A DNA stretch of 53,700 nucleotides, from the NCBI RefSeq assembly GCF_000281045.1, contig NW_008246068.1:518859-572558 (forward strand). Reading direction: 5' to 3'. The notes beneath the pieces are model-generated. The model ran no database searches. It saw only the letters and a list, made by a program, of their open reading frames with translations, and was not told the origin of the DNA. Positions 35,103 to 46,902 of this stretch are shown piece by piece. Origin of the DNA: Saprolegnia diclina VS20 (Eukaryota). The translations under genes were made by a program, and so were the position numbers. The number at the start of each line of letters is the position of its first letter. Position 1 is the first letter of the stretch.

Positions 35103-35867
35103 GCTGGCTTCTTCTCGGTGGTGGACAACGGGCCGACAACTGGAACGAATTGCCGGATAGACCGGATATACAGTGCTGTTTGCGCCGTATATAGTGTGAT
35201 ATCGGACCCGCGCCATTTTAGAAGATGTGCGAAATTGCACACTGGTGTATTGTGCGACGACGACAAGGTCGCCGACGCGACGCCCTCGTCCCAAGCGTAA
35301 AAGGGTGCTCCGGTTTCCCCAACGGGTGGGGTTTGCGTGCGCCTTGTCGCTTTCATTCTAGTGCTTCAACGCTGAGTGCCGAGGCCGATTGCAGAGAAAC
35401 CGAGTCACCCGCGGTGCAAGGTCAAGATTAGCTACTACACTCTAGTACATTAGTAGTTGTGCTGTGCCGCGTGTTGCTGATGATAACGACCAAAACGAAG
35501 AGATGGCATTTGCCATGAAAAGGGCGAATATAAGATCTTGTTGCAATCATATCCTAGTCGACTAGATGCATGCACAGTCGACTAGATAAATGCCTCAACG
35601 TTGAGTACTAGACACCGTGAGCATCGAGTGCAGCTCGAGGTCGCGTGTACAGGTCGTCATCATTATACATGCTGACGTGCTGTGCTCCGGAGAGGAAAAG
35701 GTGTTGTTGTTCAGAGGTCGTGTGTCAAAAACGTACACTATTTCAGTATTCGTCCAAGAATTACGGATACGAAGGGGTGTCGCGGCGCATCTTGTACCGC
35801 GGTAGCATTAAATCCTGCATCCCGCGTATACTATAATCAAGTCATAGAATGGCCAACTGTATTTGCT

Positions 35868-35878
35868 CTTGATTGGTT
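35868..35878 (+). promoter_or_regulatory. Reverse CCAAT box upstream of the PPR gene
   Basis: cTTGATTGGTT about 80 nt upstream of the ATG at 35955, with a second GATTGG at 35911. Confidence 0.4.
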
Positions 35879-35954
35879 GGCCGGTCGCGCCATTTGATCC
35901 GGATACGCGAGATTGGTCGCGCAGATCCAAAGAACCTCAACGTCGAGCAGAGTC

Positions 35955-38900
35955 ATGTTGCGCCGGTCGATCACGCAGCTGGGCGCCGCGAGGGCCTCGC
36001 GCGCCTTCAGCTCGCACACGGCGCTCCTGCGCGAGTACGCGTCCGAGGGCGACTGGAAGCGCGCGCTGCAAGTCATGTCCGAGCTCGACAAGGCGGGCAA
36101 GACCGACGCACTCTCGTATGAGCTCGCGATTGAAGCATGTGGCCGCGACCGCCGCATTGACGCGATGCAGGCGCTCAAGGACACAATGGAGAAGGACAAG
36201 ATTGTGCCAAGCACCGGGACCATCGACCTCTTTGTACAGCTCTACATGCACCTCAACCAGCCCGAGAAGCTCGTGGAGCTCGGGATCCAGCGTCTTCGAG
36301 CCAACGAGCCCATGAGCTTGGCCGCGTACCACTCAATGATTGACGCGTGCTGCAGCCTTCGCTCGATCCCGTACGCCGAAGAGATTCTGCAGAGCCTCGG
36401 TGAGCACGCGGCGTGGGCGACGCCGCTCGGCTGCGACGAATTCGCCGCGCTCATCCGCTGCTTTGGCATTTGCCAGCGCGCCGACTTTGCGATGCACGCG
36501 CTCTTCACGATGCAAGACCGCGGGATTGAGCCCAACGTCGAAGTCTACACGCAGCTCGTCCGCGCCCACATCTCGCTCGGTAGATATTTCGGCCCCTCTG
36601 AATCTGAATCTGAAAATACACTAGGTGGCATGAACCAGGCGCTGCACGTCTTCTCGCTTTGCAACCAACAAGGCATTGTGCTTGGTGAGAGCATCCACGC
36701 AGCGACCATCGGCGCGCTCTGCGAGAAGAAGGCGTTCTGGCTCGCGACCGAGCTCTTTGCCGACATGGAAGCCAAGAAGGTCGAGGCAAGCCACTACTGC
36801 CTCTCCAAGATGATCCTCGCCTACATTCGCACCAACAACCGCGACGGCGCGTACGAAATCTGGCGCCGCATCCAGTCGCGCGACCGCCCAGCGACAATTG
36901 CGACCTACATGGGTATCATGAGCGACTGCGTCGTTACGGGCGAGCTCGATATCCTCCTCCTCGCGTTCCACGAGCTGCAGTCGCACTACGACGTGCTGCC
37001 GCCGGCCGCTTACAGCTTTGCGATCCGCGCCCACGGCCGCAAGGGCAACACGGCCGACGCCATCGAGATGATGGAGGCGCTCATTCGCGCCAACGGGTGC
37101 CCGCAAGACGCGACCACGTACATTGCGATCTTCAACGCCCTCGCGCGCTCGTCGGGTATGTCATGCTGACATGTCACGAGTCTGCAGGCTGACACACATT
37201 TGTAGTGGACCGGTCTGTGGACCAGAACCGCCATGACATTGTCAAGTACTGGGACCTCATGATGCGGCACGTGTCCAACCTCCAGGCGCCGGCCTTTGCC
37301 AGTGCGGCCGGTGCGTTTGCGAGCTGCGGCGACGTCGACTCGCTCAAGAAGCTCATTGAACACACCAAATCGCACCTCCCGGGCTCTGAGAGCCTTCTCT
37401 ACTCGGGCGCGATCTCGGGCTTTTCCAAGGCCAACGCCGACTACACGGGGTACATCCGCGATTGCATCACCGAAATGCTCGAGAACGGCATTGCGCTCAA
37501 CGACGCGGCGGTGCGCGCGGCGTCGGATGCGTACGTCAAGCACGCGTGCTGGGACGACGTCGCCCACCTCATCAAGAAGATGGACCCGAAGGCGTTCAAC
37601 CGCCCGGAAGGCGTGATCGGCGACGTCATTTCCAAGCTCTTAGACGCGCAAAACTGGCCCGTCGCGCGCTTCGCCATCAACTCGGCCCACGCGATGCACA
37701 TTGACCCGCACATTCGGTCCAAGCCGTACCACCTCCAGGTGCTCGCCAACAACACGAACGAGTCGCCCGAGTGGCGCATCGCGTACAGCCTCGCGCTCGA
37801 GACGGTCTCGTTTGGTACGATCAATGAAGAGCACGTGTACGCCGTCTGCAACGCCATGAAAGTGCTCTTCCGCGCCGAAAAGTACAACCTCATGGTACAT
37901 TTTCATTCGATTTGGATGCATTTTCGTTCATTCTCATGGTTCAGACACTCACATGGCTGTAGGCGCGGCTGTGGTATGCGCTCAAGGCCAAGAACCAGCT
38001 GCCGCTGCCGATTGACGCGTACAAGTGCATTGTGATTGCGAGCTTGGAGTCCGGGTTCGAGCACTCGGCGATCATGGCCGCCGACGAGATGCTGGCCATG
38101 TTCAGCGAGCACCACGCAGATATCGTCGACTCGACCGACGTCTCGGACGTCTTTTCCGTCATCATTTCGACCTTTGCGCAGTACAAGCACGACGAGGTCG
38201 TGCTCAAGCTCTTTGAAGCTATGGCGAGCTTCAACTTGACGCCGAATGCCTATGCGTTTGTCGCGGCGCTCAAGGCGTACTCGAACCTCGGCCGCACGGA
38301 CCAGATCCCTACGCTGCTCGCGTCGTTTGAAGAGTGCATCTCTGCGAGCAAGTACAACGTCGACGAGCTGGCGGAAATTTTTTCGTCGGTGATTTCGACG
38401 GCCGCGACCGCCGGCGACGACGCGCTCATCATCGCCATGTACGAGCACATGGAGGCGTTCGATATGACGCCCAACTCGTATGCGTACAACGCGATCATCC
38501 GCGCCTACTCGCGCCGTGGCAGCCTCGACCGTGTCGCCGCGATCCAAGCCGCCATGACGCAAGACGGCAAGAAGGTCAACGACCGCGTCGTCGAGTCGCT
38601 CCTCAAGTCGTACATCCTTGCCAACGACGTGACTAACGTACTGGCGACGATGCAGCAGTTCCAGTTCACCGGCGACCGCGCGCTCCTCACGTTTCTCCAG
38701 TGCAACCAGCCGCAGCCCGTCGTCGACTTTCTCAAAGCCCAAGGCCACGCCCACCAAAAGCACGGGCATATCGTGGAGCGCGTCTCGCCGGCTATGCAAA
38801 CCAGTGCGCTCAAGTGGCTCCTGAAGCGCGGAGCGACCATGGAGGCCGCGGATGCGTGCACGTTCCTCCTGCAGAACGGGTACCGCGTCACGGGCCATGT

Positions 38901-39636
38901 GTTCGAGACGCTCCTTGACCAGCTCAGCTACCACGGCGCATACGACCTCGGCACGGCGCTCCTCGACCTCTACAATGAGAAGCGGTCGTACGTCAAGAAC
39001 ACCGACTCGGTCGTCGAGTCGACCATCATCCTCTACAGCAACGGCGGCAAGTACGACCACATTCGCGACTTGCTCACGTCGCCGCGCCGCCTCTTTGATA
39101 CCAACCAGTACGCACTGGGCATGGGTCTCTGCGTCGACAGCGGCGCGCACGCGCACGCGCTTGCGATTTTCGAGTCGCTCCGCCACCGGTTCGTCGAACC
39201 GAACGGCCAAGTGTTTTGCCTCGCGCTCGAGAGCTGCATGGTGCTCAACAAGCCGGACGGCGCGCGCCAGATCCTCCAGGACGTCGCCCGCAACCGGTTT
39301 GACAGCAAGCTCCAGAGCGAGCTCAACCGCCGGCTGGCGTTTAGCTTGACGCCGGAAGCGCGCACGATCGACCCGGACTTGACCGACAAGGTCGCCAAGT
39401 TTGCCTTGTTTCTCGAAGACCACGGGTTCCCGATCACAAAGACGTTTAGCGACAAGCTCCTCATGCGCCCGACGAGCACGTACCTGGACGCACCGACGCG
39501 CCGCCGCATTCTAAGCCTCGCACGCGCCAAGTCGGAGGGCGGCAAGTACAACACCACCAAGCAGTCAAAGAAGCCCACGACCGTGCGTCCGTGGTGGAAG
39601 GGCGACGCCTCGACGTGGCACAGCAAGGCCAAGTAG
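35955..39636 (+). CDS. Pentatricopeptide repeat (PPR) protein, probably mitochondrial
   Basis: Presequence-like MLRRSITQLGAARASRAFSS. PPR motifs MQDRGIEPNVEVYTQLVRAH, MASFNLTPNAYAFVAALKAY and MEAFDMTPNSYAYNAIIRAYSRRG. Three short introns join ORFs 35913-37169, 37205-38035 and 38032-39636. Confidence 0.9.
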
Positions 39637-39776
39637 ATACACCCACTGACTAGACTATGTATTGATTGATGACACTATTGCCCAATTTGAAATGACAATA
39701 TCGCACGACGCCGGAACCGCTCTGCTACAGATGAGCTTGGTGGCAACAGCAAGTTGAAGTGGCGGTTTCTCAAGTG

Positions 39777-39790
39777 CTGATTGGCTGAAA
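39777..39790 (+). promoter_or_regulatory. Extended reverse CCAAT box upstream of VOC paralogue 1
   Basis: CTGATTGGCTGAAA about 50 nt upstream of the ATG at 39841. Confidence 0.55.
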
Positions 39791-39840
39791 TGTAGGCCGT
39801 GGCTTCGATTTTTGAGATTGCAGTTTGCGGCCGAACACGA

Positions 39841-40476
39841 ATGATGCTCCAGCGACTGACGGCGACGACGACGCGCCGGGCGGCGATGGTCCGCGGACTG
39901 GCGACCGTCGCGCCCTTTCACTTGGCCGTGCCCGTGCACAGCCTCGCGGAAGGTACTTGTGCGCCCCGTCGCACCCGATTTCATCTACTTGGATAGCGCA
40001 AGCCTTTTACGGCGGCAAGCTCGGCTTTACCGAAGGCCGGTCGTCGGCGCACTGGCAGGTACGAAGGCTCCGACATCGCATGCTGGTTCATGGCGTCGGA
40101 TATAGGACTACAACATGCTCGGACATCAGCTGGTCATCCACGCCGTCGGTCCCGAGTACCGCGGGCGCGACTACCACAACCCCGTTGGTATGACGCTGTC
40201 TTTTCCGAGGTTGCTCCGTCACGAGCATCCTACGTAGACATGGACGACGTTCCCGTGCCTCACTTTGGCGTGTGCTTGACGGTCGACGAGTTCCACGCGC
40301 TCGCCAAGCGCGTTCAAGCGGCGGCCATCCCCTTCGTCGTCGAGCCGCATCTGCGCTTCGAAGGCCGTCCAGGGGAGCAATGGACCATGTTCTTCAAGGA
40401 CCCGAGCAACAACAACCTCGAGTTCAAGGCCATGACCAACCCTGCCAACCTTTTCGCCAAGTACGTTGAAAAGTAG
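39841..40476 (+). CDS. VOC (glyoxalase/extradiol dioxygenase-like, COG3565-type) protein, paralogue 1, with mitochondrial-like presequence
   Basis: Motifs PFHLAVPV, FYG..LG..EGRSS..W.DY...GHQLVIH, VPVPHFG and RFEGRPGEQWTMFFKDPSNNNLEFK. Three introns. Confidence 0.9.
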
Positions 40477-40577
40477 GACTCGTGGTTGTAATGAAAAGGG
40501 TATATCCATCTTATCCCAGATCTTATTCCGTTCTTGTTGTTGTGTAATACAGTGTGTCAACGTAGCGACCGGGGTAC

Positions 40578-41761
40578 TTAGAGCGAATCAACGTCAACGG
40601 TCATCGCCTCGTCGGCGCTCGCTGTCGTATGCGCGCTCGTTGTAGTCTCGGTTCGCAGCGGTATCTTGATCTTGTGCACGGTGGCTTCGTGCTTCTCGCG
40701 CGCCGGAATCGTCTTGAAGACGTGCTGGCACGCGCGGCACGTCCGGCTCTTGTTGCGCTTGGGCTTGGGCTTGAGCGGCGGCGCGTTCGGGCCGTGCGCG
40801 GTCTTGATGTGCGCCGCGACCGCGTCTTGGGTCCGGAACCGGCGTTGGCAGCTCCCGCACGGAAGCGTCTTGGCGGTCACCGCCTTGCACGTGGGTGTGT
40901 GCTGGCGTAGGCTCTCGAGCGTCGGCCGCGTTGCGCCGCATTTGTCGCAGACAAACTGCACCGAGCGGTCGAGCGTTTGCACGACGGACGCCACGGCCTC
41001 ACTCGACGTCTCGGCGAGCATCGCGTCATAGATGTGCAGTAAGACGGCCGCATCGAGCGCCGCGTACGTGAGCTGCGCGGGCTTGAGCGGGCGGAGGTTC
41101 CAGTTGGACTTTTGCTGGGATTTGGTGAGACGCCGCCCGAGGGCCATGTACGTGAGCTTTTGCAAGCTAATGAGTGCCGTGTGTCCGAGCGTGAGCCGTG
41201 CGAGGTCGGTCGCTTCGATGTAGCGGTGCACCACGAGCGCGTCGTCAAAGTCCTACAAGAGATGTTCAACGTGCAGAAATATCGCGAATAGTACCTTGAG
41301 ATCGGTCTCGAAGCCTTGGCCAATCTTGGTGCATGTCGTGGACGCAAGGAGCTCGGCGAGGACCAACGTCACGTTCGCCTTGGGGAGTGCGAGCAAGTCG
41401 AGAATAAACACCGTCTCCGCTGCCGACGCTGCATCGCGCATGGCGATCTGCAACAGCGATACGGGCTGGCGAGGTGCGCCCTTCTGAAAGACCGGGCGCG
41501 TCTCCTAGAGAGGCGTGAGATGCGCGAGGTCGCGGTGATATGTACCGAATCCAAGCCCACGAGCATGGCCGTTCGCAGCTGCTCGTGGCATGTCTGTAGC
41601 TCGGCGAGATTGCGCACAAAGACGACGCGCGTGCTGGCGCCAAGCGTGAGGACAGGCACGCGATTGAGTGCGGCCTGCAGCTCGGCCTTGGATCCTGGCA
41701 GCGGCAACATCACAGTCGAGCGTTGATTGTTGGTGTGGGCGCCAACAGATGGTCGCGGCAT
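40578..41761 (-). CDS. DEDDy 3'-5' exonuclease (Mut-7/EXD/WRN-exo-like) with three C-terminal C2H2/C2HC zinc fingers; catalytic motifs intact
   Basis: ExoI VGLDS|ETRP, LLQIA, ExoII GQGFETDLK, SLQKL, SNWNLRPL and ExoIII YAALDA. Fingers CDKC..HTPTC, CGSC..HIKTAH and CRAC..HEATVH. Confidence 0.88.
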
Positions 41762-41993
41762 GGATGCAGCGCTTTGTATTATATAAAAGAGTCATACGAT
41801 TAGAATGATGCAGCTTGTCATTTGTATACGTATAAAGTACTGTTTAAATGGATTTTAAAATGCTCGTTTGGAAAAAGGTGCTGACAGGCCACCGATTCGC
41901 GATCTTCTGCATCCGTCCACGGTCCACATAGAACATCAACATGTAGAGTGATGACCTATTGCTACGTTATACTACTCGATGTGTATGTGCGGA

Positions 41994-43956
41994 CTACTGC
42001 ACGGGCTGCGACGTGAGGCCGAGGCTGTAGCGGTACGCAACCGCATCGTGCGTCATCGAGGCGTCGAGGAGGTAGTCGTTGTTCGAGTCGGGGCTGAGCG
42101 CAACGGTCGAGGCTTGTGACACCAGCTTTGGCGAAGACGCGGTTGTCACCACGTTGCTCGGTGCGGCGTGATTGACAGTGTGGAGGTTGACACCGACGTT
42201 GAGGAGGTATCGGTAGCTGACGGCGTCGTGCGACACCGGCGCATCCAAGAGGAAGTCGGCGCTCTCAACGACCACCGTCGGCTTTGCGCCCGAAGCAACA
42301 CTCTTGGGCTGCTTGGGGGACGTCGTCTTGGCGGCGGTGACCTTTTTCTTGGGGGTCTCTGCCTTGTGCGCAACCACTGGGGCCGCCTTGGATTCAACCT
42401 TCTTGAGCTTGGTGGATCCGACCTTCTTAGGGGCAAGTGCCGGCGCCTCGACCTTTGGTGTCGGTGCCGAGATGACCGGAGCTTCTTTCGGCTTGATGGC
42501 CTCCACATGTCCCGTTGCTGTCGGCTTGGTGGGTAAGGCGGTGGTCTTGGCCTTGGCGGCATCCGCCTTCGCCACCGGTTCCTTGGGCTTTACAGCTTCG
42601 ACCTTGACCACCGGCGTTGCAGTGACAAGCTTGGCAGTATCGATCTTGGCGGGCTCCTGTGCCTTGGTAGCTTCGACTTTGGTGGCAGCTGTACCCTTGG
42701 GCTTGGCCGCTTCGACTGCCACTGGCTTGGGCTTAGCAGCGTCACAGTTTTCCGTATGGCGCTTCAACGACGCGTGCGTCTTGAACTTGCGGGTGCAGTG
42801 GCCGCACGCGAGCTTCTTCTTCTCCTTGGGCGCCTTGGGTTCTGCCATTGGTTCTTGTTGCTGGTGCGTCGCACTATGGTGCTCAAGGCCGACTTTGGTC
42901 GAGAAGGCGCGGCTGCACACTGCGCACTTGTGGTCGGCGGCTTTGGGTGGGACGCAGTGGTGGCGCACAAGGCTGGCTTCGCTCCGGAAGACATGCGTGC
43001 ACTTGGCGCAGTGGAGCTCGACCTTGGGCTTGGGCACGCACGTCGTTGCGTGCTGGCTGAGCGCCATCGGGGACTTGAACTTGCGCTTGCAGAGCGCGCA
43101 GGCCACCTTGGTCTTGCCACTGACGTCGTACGTCGTGCTGAGCGACGCTAGCGTGCCGTCGAGGTGCGCGACCATCGCGTCGTGGAGCCAGAGCAGCGCA
43201 AGCGCGTCGAGCGCGGCCCGGGTGCGCTGCGGCACCGAGAGCGGTCGCAGGTGCCACTCGGCGTGGGGCGCTTTGGGAAGGCGTCGGCGCAAACACACCG
43301 TCACGAGCTTCTCGAGGCTCAAGAAGACCGCCGAGTGGGTCAGCCGCTGCAAAAGCGCGTTCACCTCAACGGCGTGGCTGAGCTGTTGGAAGCAGGCGGC
43401 GGACGGGTACGCCTCGTGAAGCGCCTATACACGTAGATCGTTAATCGGTTCACAGTCCAGAGCGCCAGTGCCCACCTGCAGTGTCGGAAGAATGCTATGG
43501 CCCAGCTTGACGACATTGTGCGATGCAAAGATCTCGGCGAGTGCGTCGTCGCAGTCCATCGGGTCGAGCGCGAGGAGATCCCAGAGAAACACCTCTTCGA
43601 CGCCGCTCGCATCGCGCATCGCAAGCACGACAACCGACACGGGCTCCTCCGGTTTCCGCGTCGTCATGGCCGGCTCCTACTCACGTGCATGCGTCGGTTA
43701 GCGTCTGGCTTGGTTGATGCTTACGTACCGTATGGAGGCCAATCAACGTCGCGTCGCGCAGTCGCACTTGCGCTGCCTGCAGCAACGACGCCTGGTTGAC
43801 CACGGTCACGGTCTTCTTGACGTCAATCGAGAGCGCCTCCATGGTCGTCAGCATCTTCTTGCGCTGGTTCTTGGCTGCTGTCGTCTGCAGCTGCATGGCG
43901 AGCGCTGCTGCGACGAGGCGCGCGCGCTCGTCCGGAACGGCAAGGATCGGTGCCAT
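41994..43956 (-). CDS. Paralogous exonuclease-like protein with degenerate active site, four zinc fingers and a Lys/Ala/Pro-rich tail
   Basis: Same two intron positions as the neighbouring gene. Motifs read IGLHT|E, GHSILPTLQ, EWHLRPL and RAALDA. Fingers CALC, CAKC, CAVC and CGHC. Confidence 0.85.
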
Positions 43957-43975
43957 AGTGAGTGGGATGCAAAGG

Positions 43976-43991
43976 GAATTTCAAAATGAGA
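43976..43991 (-). promoter_or_regulatory. Oomycete Inr+FPR core promoter element
   Basis: Minus strand tcTCATTTTGAAATTC matches TCATTYBNNNWTTY exactly, about 20 nt upstream of the ATG at 43956. Confidence 0.65.
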
Positions 43992-45199
43992 CGCTGGCAC
44001 ATCGGCCACGACGCCTACGTCGTGCTCTTGGCGCCAAGATCGCCTTGAACGTGTCTTTGAGCACTGCGACACAAGTACCATTTGAGGTTAAACGCGTTTT
44101 ATGGGTGAAAGTACGTGGCACGTTGGACGGACATGGGACAAACAAACAAACGCCCCACAGTAGTGCTTGGAGCTGGCGTGCATGCATATACCATGCTTGA
44201 TGACTAAATCATGCGTGCGATGGGACCCGAGATGCGTCCAGACGGCCCTTTCTCTCGGAAGATTTTGTGTTGGAAATGCGTGTCTGATGCCCGAGGCAAA
44301 GCAGTGTTCAGCGGCTTGCATCGTCAATAGGTCTCGACGAGAGCCTGAGGTAGGTCGCCGAGCATCTAGGAATCTCAGGCATGTGCATCCGTCTTGTTGA
44401 AGCATGTGGTAGAGGTATCGTGATTCTTTGCACTCATTTTCCGACGGCAACGACAGCTTGTACCCCGTGGATACTACTCGCTCTTGACCCGATTGCGTAT
44501 ATTACCTGATCCGAAATGACAAATCTCAGGCGCTTGTGGTCGCGGGAGACGGTCGGCATGGTGTCGAACCCAGCAATACCCCAGCGTTGGACAATGGGCC
44601 AGTGTAAAACCTATTTCACTCATTCGACGTATTTGGCCGACGCCACGTCCTTTTACCCATCTCAGAGTGGGTCCACGGACGCCTTCTGGCGGCTCCGTGC
44701 TTGCCCATGAAGTGGTGCCCTTTCTTTTTGCCCCAACCCTTGTCTTTACCCCTCGCAGCCCTATGGCACCGTATTGAGCACGCATATACGAGTATAATTC
44801 CTCGAGTCATAAAGTCGGGTCGAGGCCGCCAAGGGTCGATTCGATCAGCATCATGTTCTTCATCATCCCGACGCAGCGCTCCTGTGGTTGCACGACTAGG
44901 AATTGGAAGCACCAAGTAGACGAAAAGATGTGGGAAACGCGTCGGCCGCACGTCACATTCACACCAGAATGTCTTTGCAAAATGCAGCACGAACGAGCAA
45001 CAAAGGCGCATGTTGTATCCTATCACACCTAGCCCCGACTAATAGTAAGGCTATAGTAACGGTCCATCACGAACGAAGAACTGTCAAGTCACCTACAGGA
45101 TCGTCCTATGCTGTGGGCAAATATCTTTATCTGAGCGTATCCGCATATGTCGGTGCATGAGGGCTCAATGCTTGCACTGAACGCTTCGGAGGTATTCTA

Positions 45200-46450
45200 C
45201 GGGGCATGATCTGTCGCTTGCGTGATCGACCTACACGAGTTGATCCGGTCCATCTCTTCGCTAACGCCGCTCGTTTCTCTTGGCGGGCGCGTCAAACGCG
45301 CAGTTTTCACAATGGCGAGCTTGCTCAGGGGCAATGGGCGTAATGCCTTCATTACCGCCACGACCTCGGATGAGGTGAGGCGGGTTACTTTGTTAGGAGT
45401 TGAGATCTAGAATGCTAGCTCTGCGACGGCTCGCAAGCAACGCCCCTTCGTGAATAGGTCGTTTCGACTTCCTTCCACGCAAAACACCCAATCTCTGGTC
45501 ATATTCGTGGCCAGGTCGAGGTTTGTGACTCCTGAGTGTGGACGTCTTGCTCACGGCACATACGTACCGACCAGCACAGCTTTTCGGGCGGCGCTTGTTC
45601 GGGCGTGCGACGTACGAGTTGGCTTTGTAGAGAATGACGACTTAGAGCATCTTGCATCACAGCCGTCGCATTCTGTTACGAGTGGAGCGTTGGATCGCGA
45701 AAAGATCGTTATGGCTCCGAATGTTACTCGACACGCCAAAACGCCATGTCCTGTTTCGTCCACAGAATACTCACTGGCTACTCTGATACTACTTCAAAGT
45801 GTACGCTTAGTCCTCTATTCCTTGTGAAGCCAATCGCAGTAACGTGTAAGCTATCCTTTGCCTATATCTCGGTACCTGAAGCATTTGAACAAGCTGTCCA
45901 CGGAGCGTTTTCATACAGTAAATACCAGTTATCTAGTAAGCGGTTTCCTCGCGTCGCACGTTGCTGATGGCATGCCGTTTGCTGTCCACTGTCGTTGTGA
46001 CGATGCTTCGTCAAGCTCAATCGCAGCCACGTTTCTGTCGACTCGGTCGTCGAAAGCTGACGCGCGTGGGTTATAGCGTCGTGCATCGCGTTGCGTGACA
46101 GAAGAAGATCCGCGCGTTGTTGCTACTCTAGGCATGCGGATCTCGAGGTGAAATTTGAGTCGTTGATTCACATGAAGGAGAACTCGATCTGTAAACAATA
46201 TATGAAACCAACGTGGATAGCACTGGACACTGGACAAGAATAATGGTGACGAGTCGTGGCCGAGAGCAGCGAGCAATATCTCGTTGCAACAATACGCGAT
46301 TGAGCAAGATCAACGGTGCGTCCACGCACATCGCACAAAGGGGCCGACGTCGCTTGCGTGATCAGACGACGCAGCTCTTTGTACAAGCACATCGCTCGTT
46401 GAGACCCTTCTACGCGCTAACTGTCCAATCGCGCGGAAAGGCACGGCAGC
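45200..46450 (-). pseudogene. Possible decayed coding relic with LRR-like fragments
   Basis: Broken minus-strand frames give PHSGVTNLDLATN, SILDLNS/NKVT and SSEVVAVMKALRPLPLSKLAI, interrupted by stops and frameshifts. Host-type codon bias is absent. Confidence 0.2.
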
Positions 46451-46902
46451 GAACGTCGGGGCTGCCACACAAGTGACGAATTGCCGTATTCAAGTACGGC
46501 AGTTACGAACAGGACATGCCAGCGTCGTGGCCACCCCATGTGAACTCGAATGCATGTTGATTGGGCGCCGTCCACACTAACCGATACGCCGCACTCGTAA
46601 TGACAGAATGACAACCGACAATGTGTGGCATGTCTGCCGTGCCGACGCCGTATCACGACCATGTTACGAGCTGCGACGACAGGCATGTACTTATCCTAGG
46701 CAATTCCACTCGTGTCCCAGCCACAAGACATCCATCCAGCAACCGCCTTTTCCGACGGGGTCTCCGACGGGGCAGAATCCGACGGCGTCTACGAACCCTC
46801 GTCTGTGAAAGAAATGAATGGCCCGTCGCCTGTCGACGGAGCTCGCTCGTTCGGCCGATCGACTTGTGTACCCATCACTTTTCAACTTTTCACAAAACCA
46901 CA

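Noticed and set aside
38140..38520. Internal ~75-aa duplication in the PPR protein
   Set aside because: Expected for tandem PPR arrays.
44551..44641. tRNA-like segment on the minus strand (GTCGGC...GGGTTCGACACC...GCCGAC)
   Set aside because: The T-stem pairs at only 3 of 5 positions, and there is no convincing D-arm, A-box or anticodon stem. tRNAscan-SE would settle it.
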